NCBI RefSeq assembly: GCF_018977255.1
Contig: NW_024704743.1
Location: forward strand, 7,070,001 to 7,134,000
Source: Callorhinchus milii
Lineage: Eukaryota
Length of the DNA: 64,000 nucleotides
Reading direction: 5' to 3'
Shown here: positions 12,372 through 25,654 of the stretch, piece by piece
How the letters are laid out: every line of letters begins with the position of its first letter
Position numbering within the stretch: the first letter of the stretch is position 1
Notes under the pieces: model-generated
Database searches by the model: none
What the model saw: only the letters and a program-made list of their open reading frames with translations
What the model was told of the DNA's origin: nothing
Program-made: the position numbers and the translations under genes

Positions 12372-12560
12372 CACAACAACAACAACTTGCATTTACATAG
12401 CGCCCCCCTTACGCAGGGTAGCATCCCAGAGCGCTTGACAGTGGCGGAGCACGATGCCGAGCCGGAGAGAGGGGGAGGTGACAATAGGCAAGGTCAAAGA
12501 GGAAGGTGGTGACCTGAAGATGGGGAAGGAGGGGACAAGGCAGAGGGATACAGGAGGAGT
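12372..12560 (-). mobile_element. L2 3' tail (type I)
   Basis: (CAA)nCTTGCATTTACATAGCGCC on plus. Confidence 0.8.
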
Positions 12561-13697
12561 GCTCCAGCGTTTCAGGGTGTACTGTGACTTTATTCAAATC
12601 AGTGAGTCATAAGCCACTTGCTGCAACCATTGAGGCAGCCAGCGCACCTTTGAACCTGCCATCACGTGTATCCCAGCACTTCATACTCACTTAACTCAAC
12701 TTCAAATAGTATTTGATTGACTCCTCTTCACACATAAGGCATGTTTGGGACATCAAAGCGCCTCTTCACATTTTAAAACTTGCTAACACAGGCTGGTAGA
12801 CTGACCGTCTCCAAACCCCAGGAATTTCATATTTGAGATAAAACAGTGAGCGATCTCTGCGGTCTGAGCAAACTGACCTTTAGTGTTTTAGTAACAACAA
12901 TTTAAATGAAAAGAGCTGGGGGGAAGCAATTGTGGGAAAGAAATTATAGAAATGAAATCATTTCAAAAAAATGTTGGGTTATATTTCCGAAATATTTGTG
13001 AATATTTGATAAATATTTGTTGTCAAAAAATCATTTTTACAGAGTAACTTCTTGCAACTTTATTTGCCCTGTGGATTGTTGCTGGTATCAAAGCTTATCA
13101 CTCAAATATGAACAGTGTGAGAAAAAATTGGACAAAGTTCTCTGCTCTATTGAGGTTTCTCCTGGGCAGCAGATTTTCTAAACACAGAATGGGGTAACTA
13201 TTCCATTCAGTTTCATGTGTATCAACTTTGGCTAGGTCAGCCACCAATAGCACTCAGGGTGCTAACACCCGAGCCAGGCTGACACAAGACCCTTTATAGT
13301 CACGCATCGCCAAAGGTACTGCGTGTCGCGCTGAACAGAATTTTTTTATTAAAATGTGTATAAATTGTCAGTTTGGGAGAACATAGTTCATGGGAGATTT
13401 GGCTTACTATAAACCGTAAAGCTACTAACAAAGAGATTACTGTATCAAAAAGAACAGTGTTCATAAGTGCAAGAGGCAGGAAAACAAAAACTACTACTAA
13501 TAATCCTTGCATTTCATATAACGCCTGTAACATCGAAACATTGAAAAATATTTTCAGTCATTACTGTTTCTGTGAAGCAAATACTGTTAAAATTGTATTT
13601 GTAGGCAAATACAGCAGCCAATTTGCACACAACAATATCACAAACATAAAAGGTAACTGAATGGCCAATTTCATCTGAAGATTGTTGGCTAGTTTAT

Positions 13698-13872
13698 GGG
13701 AACGTAGAAACAGGAGTAGGCCATTCAACACTTTGAGCCTGTTCCGCCATTCTATTTGATTATGGCTGATCTGTATTTTAACTCCATTTACACGCCTTTG
13801 CTCCATATCTCTTGATATCCTTACCTAATAAAAATCTATTCACCTAAGTCTTGAAAATTGTAATTGATCCAG
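13698..13872 (-). mobile_element. CR1 3' end
   Basis: GGAGTAGGCCATTCA..GAGCCTGTTCCGCCATTC..ATGGCTGATCT motif. Confidence 0.85.
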
Positions 13873-14144
13873 TAAAAACTCTCTTCACCTTTCATTTGCT
13901 GTCATGAGCTCTTTAATGTTCATCTGAACGGACAGATGGTCCCTTGGTTTGATGTCTCAGCTGACGGACGACAATGCAATCTCTGACAATGTAATAGCAA
14001 TACTTAAATTTGATACAGTACCTAATTATATCATTGAGGTGTCTCAAAGCACTTCACAGGATTTACTGAAAAGTGTAGTGGCTATGTATTTTTAGGCAGT
14101 GTAGCACTCCCTTAACATTACACTGGAGTGCCAGCTTGAATCAA

Positions 14145-14410
14145 GATGCTATCTGCCTGTTCGGTAGACATTAAAGATCCTATGGCACTATTTGATAAGA
14201 GGAGCGAGTTTCTCCCAATGACCTTGACAACAATCCCCCAGACAAAAAATTGTATTCACCACAGGACTATAGGACATTGTCATGTGCAAATTGGCTGTCG
14301 TGTTAACTCACAAATATGCAGTCACTATATTTTACACTAAATCCTGTGAAGTGCTTTAATGCATCCTTGGAGCTATGTGAATGAGCCATATCAAATGCAA
14401 GGATTTGGGA
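14145..14410 (+). mobile_element. Deu-type SINE 3' part
   Basis: TAAAGATCCTATGGCACTATTTGA..GTGCAAATTGGCTG..tail. Confidence 0.75.
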
Positions 14411-15923
14411 TTATAACTGTTAAAGATAAAGATTATTATTATTTAAAACAGATTGTTTGAAAAAATCTTAGGCTATATGCCATCCTTATAAAAACAAAAC
14501 TAGAACTTTAAGTGTGATATTTTTAAAAATAATGTTGATGACTTTATCCAATAAATATGTTAATTGAACCATTGGACTGATTCCTTTATACCCAGTATTG
14601 GAGTGCCTGCTTGATTCACTAACAGTGAGCCTCTGTTTCGTCTACAGGGTCTCGGTTTAACAACAAAAATCAAAGGAACAGAGACTTGTCCCAAAACATA
14701 ATGTTGAAATAACAAATCAACTAAAACCAAGGTTCAAAGCAAATTATTTCACGAGCCCCAAAGCTGTCAGACGACTATGGCTCTGTTGTTGTTACTAACA
14801 CAATTCCAGGGCCTGATATTACACACTTTTTGAGCTCGGATTAATTGAGTGGATCTGATTTATCTGTATTTCAGCAATGTTTTGTTTTGTATATTTCTGT
14901 GCAGATTCCACTTAGGAAGATTTTTTTGTGTAAGATTGGGGAATTATAATAATTATCGTTGCATTTAGTATAGCACACTTCATATATGGAGGACATCGCA
15001 AACCTATTCATAGGATGCACTCTAAAGTGTAGTGACTGTGTGTTTGGAGGCGAAAGCGGCAGCTAATTTATACGCAGCATTCAGAGGGATTCCGGGATGG
15101 AGTTTCCCCATTAATGAGCTGCCATTAGCTATTGCCATATTTTTGGTTTTAGCTAATCAAAGAACTGTAGTGGAGACTGGGTGATCTACCTGAAAATCAG
15201 ATAACTTTATTCCTGGGTTTTTATTGTTGGGATTTTTCTACTGTTATTTGGCTAGCCAGGGTCCCACAAAACAACGTTAATGGCACTTTATCGGTGTGCA
15301 AATATTTTGATGTGCTTCTTTTTGGGAGACACACATGTGGAAACCCAGCGCCATCCTTAAAATGCTAAACTACTAAGAGTTCCACATATACATGGACATT
15401 ATCATTTGTGTGGAATGGAGTGTGGAGAAGATATATTGTGCGTTCAACCCTAAAATTCTTGCTGAGAATTCAAGAGATGTGGGGTCTGGAGTTTATGTTG
15501 GACCACTCTGTACTGTTGTATTGTTTCTGCCCCAACACGTTACTCCACTGCGTGAAAACATCAAACCTTCATGTGGTGTTTAAGCAGGTCATCCCCCTTA
15601 CGTGAAAGGTGCTATACAAATGTAATTTTGTTGTTGTCATTTAGATGTGCTGGTTGAATTTTGTTAATAGTCTGCAGTGGCATCTGCTCTGCCTGATTCA
15701 GGCTGACTGTTCTCTGACACAAATATGTATTGCAGCACAATTAAGTATGAAGGTCTGTGAATTTTCTTTCGCTTGAGGTTGACTGATGCCTTCTGTCATA
15801 ATGAATCGTGACCTCTCTTGATTGGAGTCTTCTGGAAGCTTTCATAGGCAAGTCTGTTCCATAGACTAGTCCTGCAGCCCTCTGGCTAGGCCAGGCTGGA
15901 GATAAAGTGTCTGTGGTAACATG

Positions 15924-16200
15924 AACAACAACAACAACAAGATTACATTTGTACAGCGCCTTTCACGTCGAGAGGACGTCCCAAGGTGCTGGAACCAGGA
16001 CACGTGTAATAATAATAATAATAATCCTTGCATTTGATATAGCGCCTTATCACATCTTCGTGACATCTCAAAGCGCCTCACAGAATATACTGCAAAGGAA
16101 ATTGACTATATTTTGTGGCAAAAACGAGGCAGCCAATTACATACTGCAGTGTCCCACAAACAGTCGTAGATTGAGTGACCAAATTATTATTAGTATTTTT
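15924..16200 (-). mobile_element. Short L2 tail (15924-15995) followed by a SINE-A 3' half (16007-16200)
   Basis: Two successive tail motifs with (CAA)n and (AAT)n. Confidence 0.85.
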
Positions 16201-17143
16201 TTCAGCTAAAGGACTCAATGGCATCCAATTCAAAGGTCAGACTGGCTCCCTTATATTAACAGTGCAATCCAGTGCTTTTTTTTCATCTGACATGTTTAAG
16301 GACCACAATCACTCATTTAGCAAAGTATCAGATGAAATTGTCACTTAACTTGCACGAGTATCAATACTGTAGGAGGAGAAGGGTGAAACGCTATACCAAT
16401 AACAGAATAAAGATGAAGAGTTCATAGCTACATGTCAGTCATTTGTAAGGAGCCTCAGAAAATCAATATGGCTGTTTAATATTGTTTGTAGTGTCTCACA
16501 ATTCCAGTAAACCCTGAAAGTCCGCCATCTGGTCTCTAAAGTCAATCCGGGAGCTGAATGTATCTAAATGACAAGCTGTGCTTAGGTTACAGGAGACCGG
16601 GGGTGGGGGGTGTCTTGTTTGAACGTGTAAAAAAACAGTGTTTCTGATGTAGCCAATAGTCAAAGTGGGCCAGGGTTTATTTGAGAATATAAAATATAAT
16701 TTCAGTGAAACACTGCAACATAAATAACAACAACAACAACTTGCACTTATATAGCGCCCTCCACCCAGGGTAGTGTCTCAGACTGATTAACTTCAACGTT
16801 ATTCTGAACCCAAGTTTGTTAAGTTCCAATATTAATCTGTATTTTATCTTCTGCAAATCATTCTTGCTTGTTTCCAACTTTACGAAGCCAAAACAGAGAC
16901 ACAGTCGAGCAGCGCGATTGCATTCTTCTTTTTAAGAAGTAAAACATGAGCCTTTTCCCAAAAATAAGTGGATGTCGACGTTTTTCTTTGAAACTCAAGA
17001 GCGTAACTTCTCGTTGTGGCTGCATATTCATGCTGTGGGTGACGTCATCAACAGTAAGTTTCTATTGGAAACAGCCTGGGCTTGAAACCAGTTTGATTCC
17101 TGCATTTAATCCTGAAAAGTACCTTAAACATTTCAGAGGATCA

Positions 17144-17400
17144 GTGTGTCAGCCTGGCTCAATGGAAGCACTCTCGCCTCTGAATCAGAAGGTTGTCGGT
17201 TCAAGCCCCATGGCTTGAATCACATAGTCTAAGGGCACACTCCAATGCTGTGGGGGTGTTATATTGTCAGAGGTGCCATCATTTGGATGAGATCTTAAAC
17301 TGAGGTCCTGGCTGTGTGTTCAGATGGATGTTAAAGATCCCAAGCACTATTTGTAAAGAGAAAGGAGCTTCTCCCAGTGTCCTGGCCAACAATCCGCCAA
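17144..17400 (+). mobile_element. Deu-type SINE 5' part
   Basis: GTGTGTCAGCCTGGCTCA head, GGTTCAAGCCCCA B box, Deu-like centre. Confidence 0.85.
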
Positions 17401-17689
17401 ATAAAATTGGTCTCTCACTCCAAGGCCAGGATCACACTCACCTGTGATGTCTTACACGGTCGCATGGAGCCATCCTCCATCATCACCTGCTCTTTTAGGA
17501 GAAAATTAGAGGGGAGGATCCTTAAAATAATTGCATTCAACACAGTTGCAGTAATTGTCATCTTAAATTTGGATGCTTTGTTTTGCGAATAACTTTTTCA
17601 CAAGTTCCTTATGTGTTTTTCCTTTCGGTTCATGTCCCCCTCCTTTTCTTAAGTTGCTTCTTAACAAATGACAGCCAATCTGGCCCTTC

Positions 17690-17905
17690 TGCAGGTCCCG
17701 GAGACGCACGCTTATCACTGGGGCAGGAATTGTTCCCACTTGGCTCCTGTTAACCCTGCAAGCCAAAGCTCTAACAGCTGAACAAGCAGCGGGATCAAGG
17801 CCAGACAGTGCTCTCAATAGCAATATGGATTTTAGCTGGTTAAACCCCAGTACTAATCCAAAGCACACTCTGGAGTGCCTGAGCCTTGGCTCTTACCTCC
17901 TGTGC
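17690..17905 (+). repeat. Unclassified interspersed repeat (family D)
   Basis: GGCTCCTGTTAACCCTGCAAGCCAAAGCTCTAA core also at ~31285 (+) and ~59645-59677 (-). Confidence 0.7.
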
Positions 17906-18039
17906 CCTGTACTCTCTGGAAATAGGTAAGCAGCATACGTCACTCCAGGGCGACAGTGTGTACTGCATTTCAGACACAGGGAGATTTTGAAGGAAGGTGG
18001 AATACATATGTGGAACTCTCAGTCTGGTTTGGATACTTT

Positions 18040-18394
18040 ATAAGCAATGTGATGGGTTACTGCATGTGCCAGACACATGGCTGATCAAAATAAATCATTG
18101 ACTTATGTTAGATTATAGTCCCAAGGTGTACTGACTGCCCTCCATTATCTCATGTAAATGGGAGTCTGGACTGTAAGTGCCAGCCGACTATTTGACTGCA
18201 GGAGACAAGGCTGAGAATGATCCCATCTTCACTTTCCTGAAATCCCGCTGGTCAGAATGTTGCCGGTGTCCTTGTGTGTTCTTTAGGGCAGAGGCATTGG
18301 AGGTGCTGGAGGTGGTAATTTCAGACTGAAGACCTGAGCCCCACTAAGTGTCAGTGACTTTCAGCAGAGCAGGGCTAGAAAAGGAAGGGAGAAA
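18040..18394 (+). repeat. Family C repeat, degenerate
   Basis: Ends in GTGTCAGTGACTTTCAGCAGAG..GAAGGGAGAAA, like 47450-47485. Confidence 0.45.
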
Positions 18395-19467
18395 TCAGTC
18401 CCCCCAAATAGAACAGGTCAGTAATGATTCCTCCTCCTTATATTTGGCTGAGTGACAATCGAGGTGGTTTGTGCTCACCTGTAATTGCTGTGCCAGATTT
18501 CCCTGACTCCCATTAGACATTTTGATGGGAACAGGGAAAGGCAGTTGGTAATAAAGGTCTGACATTGTTTGCAATGTTAAAAGTTTCAGGGTTTGAAAGT
18601 CAGCACGCAAAAGGTCTTCAATAAGTAATGGAGGTTACTCACTGTCCCTTTTAATTACTCTGCGCTCAAGACGGCTCTGAAGGTTTCATAACTTTGCACG
18701 GCACAGACATTAAAGACTTCATTGTTTCTCGGGCTACTGTCAGAACTATTCGTCCGCAGTTCACCTTTTAAGACATGAAAAGTGCTGATACATGGTGGAG
18801 CTGGTGCTGGCAGCCACTGAGATTGCTGCAGTCTCTGGGTTTCCTGCTGCAGCCTGCCCCACTCCAGCTGTGATCCTATCAACACTCTGTCAGGAATGTC
18901 TGAGCGACGGCTGATTAATGATGCACAACTACTGGTATCTATTTTATGAAGGAATGCCTCCTCTCAATCTCACTGAAGCCTTATTTCAGGAACGAAAATA
19001 AAAACAAATCTGCATTAACTTGATGAAAAAGATTCTTTGGTGCTTATTTTCTTGTGATTTGCACCGGGCAGTTTATCGTTACTTTGGTTTCAGGTTCTCG
19101 GAGAGTTCAAGTTTGAAATCTGGTTTGTTGTGAGGTAACGTTACGAGTCATATACTTTCATTCCTAAAGTCCTGGTTGCAAATGAGGAAGCGTTCTGGGA
19201 TGCTACACTGTGTGAAGAGCGCTATATAAAAGCAAGATGTTGTTGAGGAAGGATGGAGGGTTGGTTTTAAGTCATCGACACACAGTGAGTTGTTTGACTT
19301 ACTTTGAGACGTTTTGAAGTGCTCCGAGACTATGTAAATAAAAGTTGTTGTTGTTGACTGTGATTACTCATGAAGGTCTGTGAGATGTTTCAATATGAGA
19401 GGTGCTATAACAATCCAAGGATTGTTAACTGCAAATCAATGTCTGATAATCTGATAACTAGTGTAAT

Positions 19468-19745
19468 CAACAACAACATCAACAAATTGCATTTATAGCA
19501 CCTTTTGTCAGGAGGACACCCCACGCCACTGGGCAAGTTTTGCACCTGAGATGGGTGTTGAATTTGAGGGGGATGGGGGCCAATGGAGTGGGGGTGGATA
19601 AATGGCTGAAGGCACGGGCGAAGAGGAAGGGCAGGTTACAGAGGGTGAGGGCAGAGAGACTGAAGGCTCGATTGGCGATGGTAGGGTGGGCAGGGAGAGG
19701 AAGTGAAACAGGCCAGTGCCTGCTGAATGGAGGGTGTCTGGCACA
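19468..19745 (-). mobile_element. L2 3' end
   Basis: PTIANRAFSLSA.TL.N peptide and (CAA)n tail. Confidence 0.8.
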
Positions 19746-20754
19746 CATGGAAACCCATCACCCATGCTTAAACCACACCGAGAGTGCCATGCATCCCATC
19801 TACACATGGAGATTGCCATATATTGCAATGGAAAGGGCAATCTCTCCCGGGAGAATTTAAAGGTGTTGGGCAAAGAGACAGTCAAAGACTTATCAAGAGA
19901 GGTTCGAAAGCCACAGAGACTAGGAGCAAGTCAGACGGATTTGGGGAAAGAGTTCAAGTGAGCAAGGGCAGAGTGGTTGAGAGCCCTGTGGGAAGTAGCT
20001 TCCATTCGGTATCACTGCCCTGATTGCATGACTCAGATAAGAGGCCTAAAATTTATGTTGTGTGTCTCAGAATTATCAGTTTTATGTGAATGGGGTCACT
20101 CTTAACATTCACTCTGAGTGAAAAGAGAGCTCTTATATAAACTGCTGTGGGAGAGTTAACAATGTATGTGGAGAAAGTGAATTCTTGTACATTGCTACAT
20201 ATTTGCTAATGTTGAATTTGTGATCCTTTTGACTGAGTAACTGTACTCAGGTATCTCAAACCTTTGGAATCTATAAGCAGCTCAGTACCAGTGCCTCCAA
20301 GGGAGGAAATGAGAGCAAACGTAGGAAAATGAAGATTTTTGGTAAGTTTGTTCACATTTAAGTTTCTCCACTAGTATCAGCCTGGCACAATTGGTAACAA
20401 CCTCGCCTGTGAATGTCAACCTGATTTAGTTGATCGTACTCTTAGGCCAGAAGTTTGTGGGTTTGAGTCCTACTTAAGATTTGAACTCATCTTCAAAGCT
20501 GACATAGATAGAATTCCATAGGCTGCACTACTCCAAATCAGGGCATTTGCTTTCCATCTGGTCCATCCTAGTGTTTATACAACACATGAACCTCCACCCC
20601 TTCTGATCGCCTCTCTCTATTCCCTTCCTATCCCCCTCCATTTCCTTCTGCCTTGGGATTGCATTGGGTTTCCTTTTAAATCCATTGATACTTTATGCTT
20701 TAGCCATTGGCTTCTGCCAGCGAGTTCCACATTCTCACTACACACACAAAAATT

Positions 20755-21050
20755 GTGTGTCAGCCTGGCTCAGCTGGTAGCACTCTCGCCTCTGAGTCGG
20801 AAAGTTGTGGGTTCAAGCGCATTGTTGGGACTTGGAATTCATATAAGTCTAAGTTAGACTGCAGGGCTGGAGGGGGGTGGGTTGGGGGGTGCCATCCTTC
20901 AGGTAAGACATTAAGTTTAGTACCTGTTTGCTTGTTCGAGTGGATATTAAAGATCCCATGGAATTTCTCCTGGTGCAGTGGCTGTTTATGGGACATTGAT
21001 GTGCGCAAATTGGCAGCCATATTTACCGAAAAAATACATAGTCACTCGAC
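20755..21050 (+). mobile_element. Deu-type SINE, internally deleted
   Basis: TGTGTCAGCCTGGCTCAGCTGGTAGCACTCTCGCCTCTGAGTC head; GTGCGCAAATTGGC. Confidence 0.85.
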
Positions 21051-21059
21051 TTTTTGAGA

Positions 21060-22005
21060 GGCTCCTCCTAAACTATCTTTTACATCTGCTAGAGGCTAAC
21101 TTATATTTATGCCCCCTGGTTATGAACTCACCAACGGGTGGAAACAACTTATTTATGTATATCTCATTGAACTTTTTCATAATTTCATAATAATACCTCC
21201 ATCAAGTCCCCTCTGGGAGGGCTCATCGCCAATAATAATAATAATCCTTGCATTTGATATAGCGCTTTTCACGTCGGGAGGACGTCCCAAAGCGCTTCAC
21301 AGAACACACTGTAAAGTGAATTGACTGTATATTTGTGGGCGAACGCGGCAGCCAATTGCGCACAGCAATGTCCCACAAACAGTTGTAGATTGAAAATGAC
21401 CAATTTATTATTGTTTTGTTTTTTTGGAGGGATTATTATTAGGCGTGTGGAGTAAGGAAACTTGCCCAAGGTTTCGCCCTCTGCCTGGAATTGAACTCAG
21501 GTCTCTCGCTTGCAAAGCGAGTGCTCTAACCAAAGAAATGAAGCTCTAACCTGTTCAGGATTTCTCATTAGCTGCATCCTCTCATCGCTGATAGCACCTT
21601 AGTGAATCTATCTTGGACTGACTCCATTACTATAATATCCTTTCTGAAGTACGGCGACAAGAACTGCAAACACTACTCCAAATGTGGTCTTAACCAATGT
21701 TCTCTATTTCTCTGGATATAAAGCTAGGGACTTTATTTGCACTTGTTTTATAGCCTTGTCCACCTGTGTTGCTACTTTTAGAGTCTTATGAATCTGAATC
21801 CCCAGATCTCATTGCTCCTCAATCCCTAATAAGCTCATAGCAACCAGGCTACAGCTGGCTTCTTTATTCCTCCTACCAAAGTGAATCACTTCATATTTCT
21901 GTAAATTAAATTTTATTTGCAATTTATCCACCTTTCTGGGATATCTGTTTAAGTCTTCCTGCATCACTTTGCAATCCTCTTCATTATTTGCTGTCATCTG
22001 TGAAT
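21060..22005 (-). mobile_element. Old CR1 3' portion hosting a SINE
   Basis: LQIKFN..KYEVIHFGRRN peptide (ORF 21809-21997). Confidence 0.8.
21231..21531 (-). mobile_element. SINE-A variant B (internal deletion, L2 type-II stem-loop tail)
   Basis: Very similar to 45934-46268; tail GCGCTTTGGGACGTCCTCCCGACGTGAAAAGCGC. Confidence 0.92.
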
Positions 22006-22355
22006 TTCAACAACAACTTTCATTTATATAGCACACTCCAAGCAGGTTAGCAATTTGGAGTGCTTGAATTTTAACAGCATAATTCCTATACCTGAGTCTA
22101 AATCAGATATGTACATGAATAGTGGCAATCCCAATGCAGATCACAGTGGAACACCACTTCCTCCTTCTTGCTAGGCTGAGAATCTGACACCCTCCAGTGC
22201 AGTACTGAGGGAGCACTTGATTATTCACGTTGTGGCCCTTTGGATGTGTAGTCAAAACCTGTTTACAAGTAGATGTTAAAGATCCCACAAAACAGTTTGA
22301 AAAGGGAAGGGTGTTCCTCTCACTGTCCTGACCAATATTCCTCCAGATAAAACTA

Positions 22356-22859
22356 CAACAACAACAACAACAACAACAACAAGAATCCATTTATAGAGCG
22401 CCTTTCACGTTGGGAGGATGTCCCAAGGCGCTGTACAGTTGGGTCAGGACCTGAGTAGGGAAGAAATGGTCAGGGTGAGGGGAGGGAAGGGAGGGAGGGA
22501 GCGAGGAGGGGGTAGAGAGTCGAGAGGGGAGGTGAAGGCACGGTCAAAGAGAAAGGTCTTGAGATCGGCCTTGAAGGAGGAAAGGGAGGAGGCGGCGAAG
22601 GCACTGGGGGATAAAGTTCCAGAGCCTAGGGGCTGAGAGGCTGAAGGCCCGGCCACCATGGTAGGGCGGTTGGGGTGGGGGATGTGGAGCAGACCGGAGC
22701 CAGAGGAACGGAGGGTACGGGCAGGTAGGTAGGGGGATAGTAGGTCAGAGAGGTAGGAGGGAGCAAGGCCGTGAATGGCCTTGTAGGTGAGGATGAGGAT
22801 CTTGAATTCGATCCTCTGGGGGAGGGGGAGCCAGTAGAGGCGAGCGAGGGTGGGAGTAA
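22356..22859 (-). mobile_element. L2 (type II) 3' 500 bp
   Basis: ITPTLARLYWLPLPQRIEFKILILTYKAIHGLAPSYLSDLL..KTFLFDRAF; (CAA)n tail. Confidence 0.95.
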
Positions 22860-23253
22860 TAATTCGCATGGCTGCTTGGGGGACATTGGTGCTTGTGGAA
22901 CATTGACTGTCCGTAGTGTGATTGACCATTCAACTCGTGGCTGTTTGTGGGTCTTTGTTGCACGCAAAATGACTATACGTGACTGCCAAGTACGTGGTGA
23001 CATTATTGGCGCTAGAAACATGGAAGTTCGTTCTTTTTTAACCAACGTACCAGTGTCAATAGCCCTGTGGTGAGGGTTTAAAAACCTGAGTCTGTTCCCC
23101 TTCTATTGTTATGTGTTTAATAATCCAGCAGGTGGCTCTATGCAATAATTCCAAGACTTGAAGGATTTACCTAACTTTTTGCAACACTTTGACCTAAGGT
23201 GTTATAATGTGTTTGAGTTTTAAACAGGGAAACGGTGTCCCTGTTTCTTGGGT

Positions 23254-25537
23254 CAACAACAGCAACAACGAGATTGCATTTATAGAGCGCCTTTCACGTT
23301 GGGAGGACGTCCCAAGGCACTGGACAGTTGGGTCGGGACCCGGGCAGGGGGAAATGGTCAGGGTGAGGGGAGGAAAGGGAGGGAGCGAGAAGGGGGTAGA
23401 GAGTCGAGAGGGGAGATGAAGGCATGGTTGAAGAGAAAGGTCTTGAGACCGGCCTTGAAGGAGGAAAGGGAGGAAGCAAGGCGAAGGCACTGGGGGATGG
23501 AGTTCCAGAGCCTAGGGGCTGAGAGGCTGAAAGCCCGGCCACCGATGGTTGGGCGGTTGGGGCGGGGGATGTGGAGCAGACCGGAGCCAGAGGAACGGAG
23601 GGTACGGGCAGGTAAGTAGGGGGATAGTAGGTCAGAGAGGTAGGAGGGAGCAAGGCCATGAATGGCCTTGTAGGTGAGGATGAGGATCTTGAATTCGATC
23701 CTCTGGGGGATGGGGAGCCAGTGGAGGCGAGCGAGGGTGGGAGTGATGTGGTCCCGAAGCCTGGTGCGGGACAGTACACGAGCTGCAGAGTTCTGAATGA
23801 CCTGCAGCTTGTGGAGGGAGGTTCCGGGAAGGCCAAAGAGGAGAGAGTTCCCGTAGTCCAGCCTTGAGGCGATAAAGGCGTGGACCAGTGTTTCAGCAGT
23901 GTGAGGGGTGAGGTAGTGCCATAGTCTGGCGATATTCCGGAGGTGGTGGAAGGCGGTGCCAGGTGTGGCGCCGATGTGGGGAAGAAAGGACAGCTCAGGG
24001 TCGAACAGAACCCCGAGGTTCCTGACTGGCTGTGAGAGGTGGAGAGTGCAGCCTTGGATGCTGATGCTGTCAATGCCTGAGGTGCAGAGGCGCTGAGTCA
24101 ATCAGGATGGCCTCAGTTTTGCGCACGTTGAGCTGAAGAAAGTTGTCTCTCGTCCAGGACTCGATGTCAGACAGGCAGCTGTCAGGACATCGGTGGTCGT
24201 GGAGTTGAGGGTAGAGGAGGAAAGGTAGAGTTGGGTGTCATCCGCATACATGTGGAAGTTAACCCCATGTCTGCGGATGATGTCACCAAGGGGGAGCATA
24301 TAGAGGGTGAAGAGGAGGGGACCGAGGACAGAGCCCTGAGGGATGCCGCACGAGACAGTGCGGGGGCTGGAGGAAACAACGTTAGCGGAGACAAAATGAA
24401 GACGGTGGGAGAGGTAGGACCTAAACCACTCAAGGGCAGGGCCTTGAAGGTTGAGGTGGGAGGACAAGCGGTGGAGGAGGATAGAGTGGTCGACCGTATC
24501 GAATTCGGCCGATAGGTCGAGGAGGACGAGGAGGCAGAGGGAGCCCTGGTCGCAGATGATCAAGATGTCATTAGTGACCTTGACCAGGGCGGTTTCTGTG
24601 CTATGGGTAGCACGGAAACCCGACTGGAGGGGTTCAAAAAGTGAATGGGTGGAGAGGAAAGAGCGCAGCTGGGAGGCGACGACTCTTTCGAGAACCTTGG
24701 AGAGGAAGGGGAGGTTGGAGATGAGCCGGTAGCTTGATAGCTGTGATGCATCAAGGGAGGGTTTTTTCAGTGTGGGAGTGATAGTGACAGTTTTGAGGGG
24801 AATGGGAACAGAGCCAGAGGAGAGGGACAGGTTAATGGTGTCTGTGAGAAGTGGGGCAAGGAGGTGGAGCTGGGAGATAAGGAGTGGACTGGGGATGGGG
24901 TCCAGGGAGTAGGTGGTGGGTTTCAGGCACAGGATGAGGTTGGTGACTGAGGATGGGGAAACGGGTTCGAAGGTGTGTAGGGGAGGATGGGTAGCAGTCG
25001 GAGTGTGAGAGGGAAGGGGTGGGGGTGGGTGGAAGTTGGAGTGGATTCTCTTGATTTGGGATTCAAGGAAATCCAGCATCTCCTCGCAGTGAAGGTTGGA
25101 GGAGATGACCTGTGCGGGGTGGCGGGGGGGACGGAGGAGTCAGTATGTGGTGGAGAACAGAAGCCTGGGGTTGTTCTTCATCTCCAGGATTATCAGTAGA
25201 AGGACGACTTTGCCGAGGCTAGAGTGGAGCGGTAGGTTTTGAGGAGGTCCAGCCAGATTTGCCGGTGGACCGTTAAGCCAGATTTGAGGCAGGTGCGTTC
25301 AGCGGCCCACACCTGGCTCTTCAGTGAGCGGAGGTGGTGGTGAACCAGGTGGAGGAGCGAGAGTAAGAGACATTTCGGGAGGTGATGGGGGCAAGAGTGT
25401 CGAGTGTGGAGGAGAGGGTGTTGTGGAGGAGGGTGAGAGCAGAAGAAGGGTCAGTGATGGATGAAGGCCAGAGGGAGAGGAGTTCAGAGGACGTTCATAG
25501 TCTTGTTTAAGGGAAGGATAGACCAAAGGGCGAGGAT
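23254..25537 (-). mobile_element. L2 (type II) LINE, 5'-truncated, ~2.3 kb
   Basis: RT and C-terminal ORFs plus 3' tail; endonuclease domain absent. Confidence 0.96.
23358..25079 (-). pseudogene. L2 ORF2 reverse transcriptase, frameshifted near 24100-24180
   Basis: [74 protein letters not shown]. Confidence 0.95.
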
Positions 25538-25654
25538 TGTATAAATACCTATGGTACTCTTGTTTATAGTCTATAGTTTATAGTCTATTTACTATTCATC
25601 ATGCTTTGGAGTTCTGCAAATCAGGTTGAATTCCACAAACTGGGAATATTTGAG

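Noticed and set aside
14615..14740. Plus-strand acceptor with CACTAAC branch site
   Set aside because: All three frames close quickly and no good donor follows
19094..19134. 41-nt plus-strand exon (VLGEFKFEIWFVV)
   Set aside because: Isolated, not frame-preserving, peptide unrecognised, and no partner exons found
22771..23073. ORFs on both strands crossing the L2/unique boundary as a fusion gene
   Set aside because: No recognisable domain in the unique part and no coherent splice signals
23294..24073. 259-aa Ser/Pro-rich ORF as an overlapping gene
   Set aside because: Alternative frame of C-rich L2 sequence, where stop codons are naturally rare
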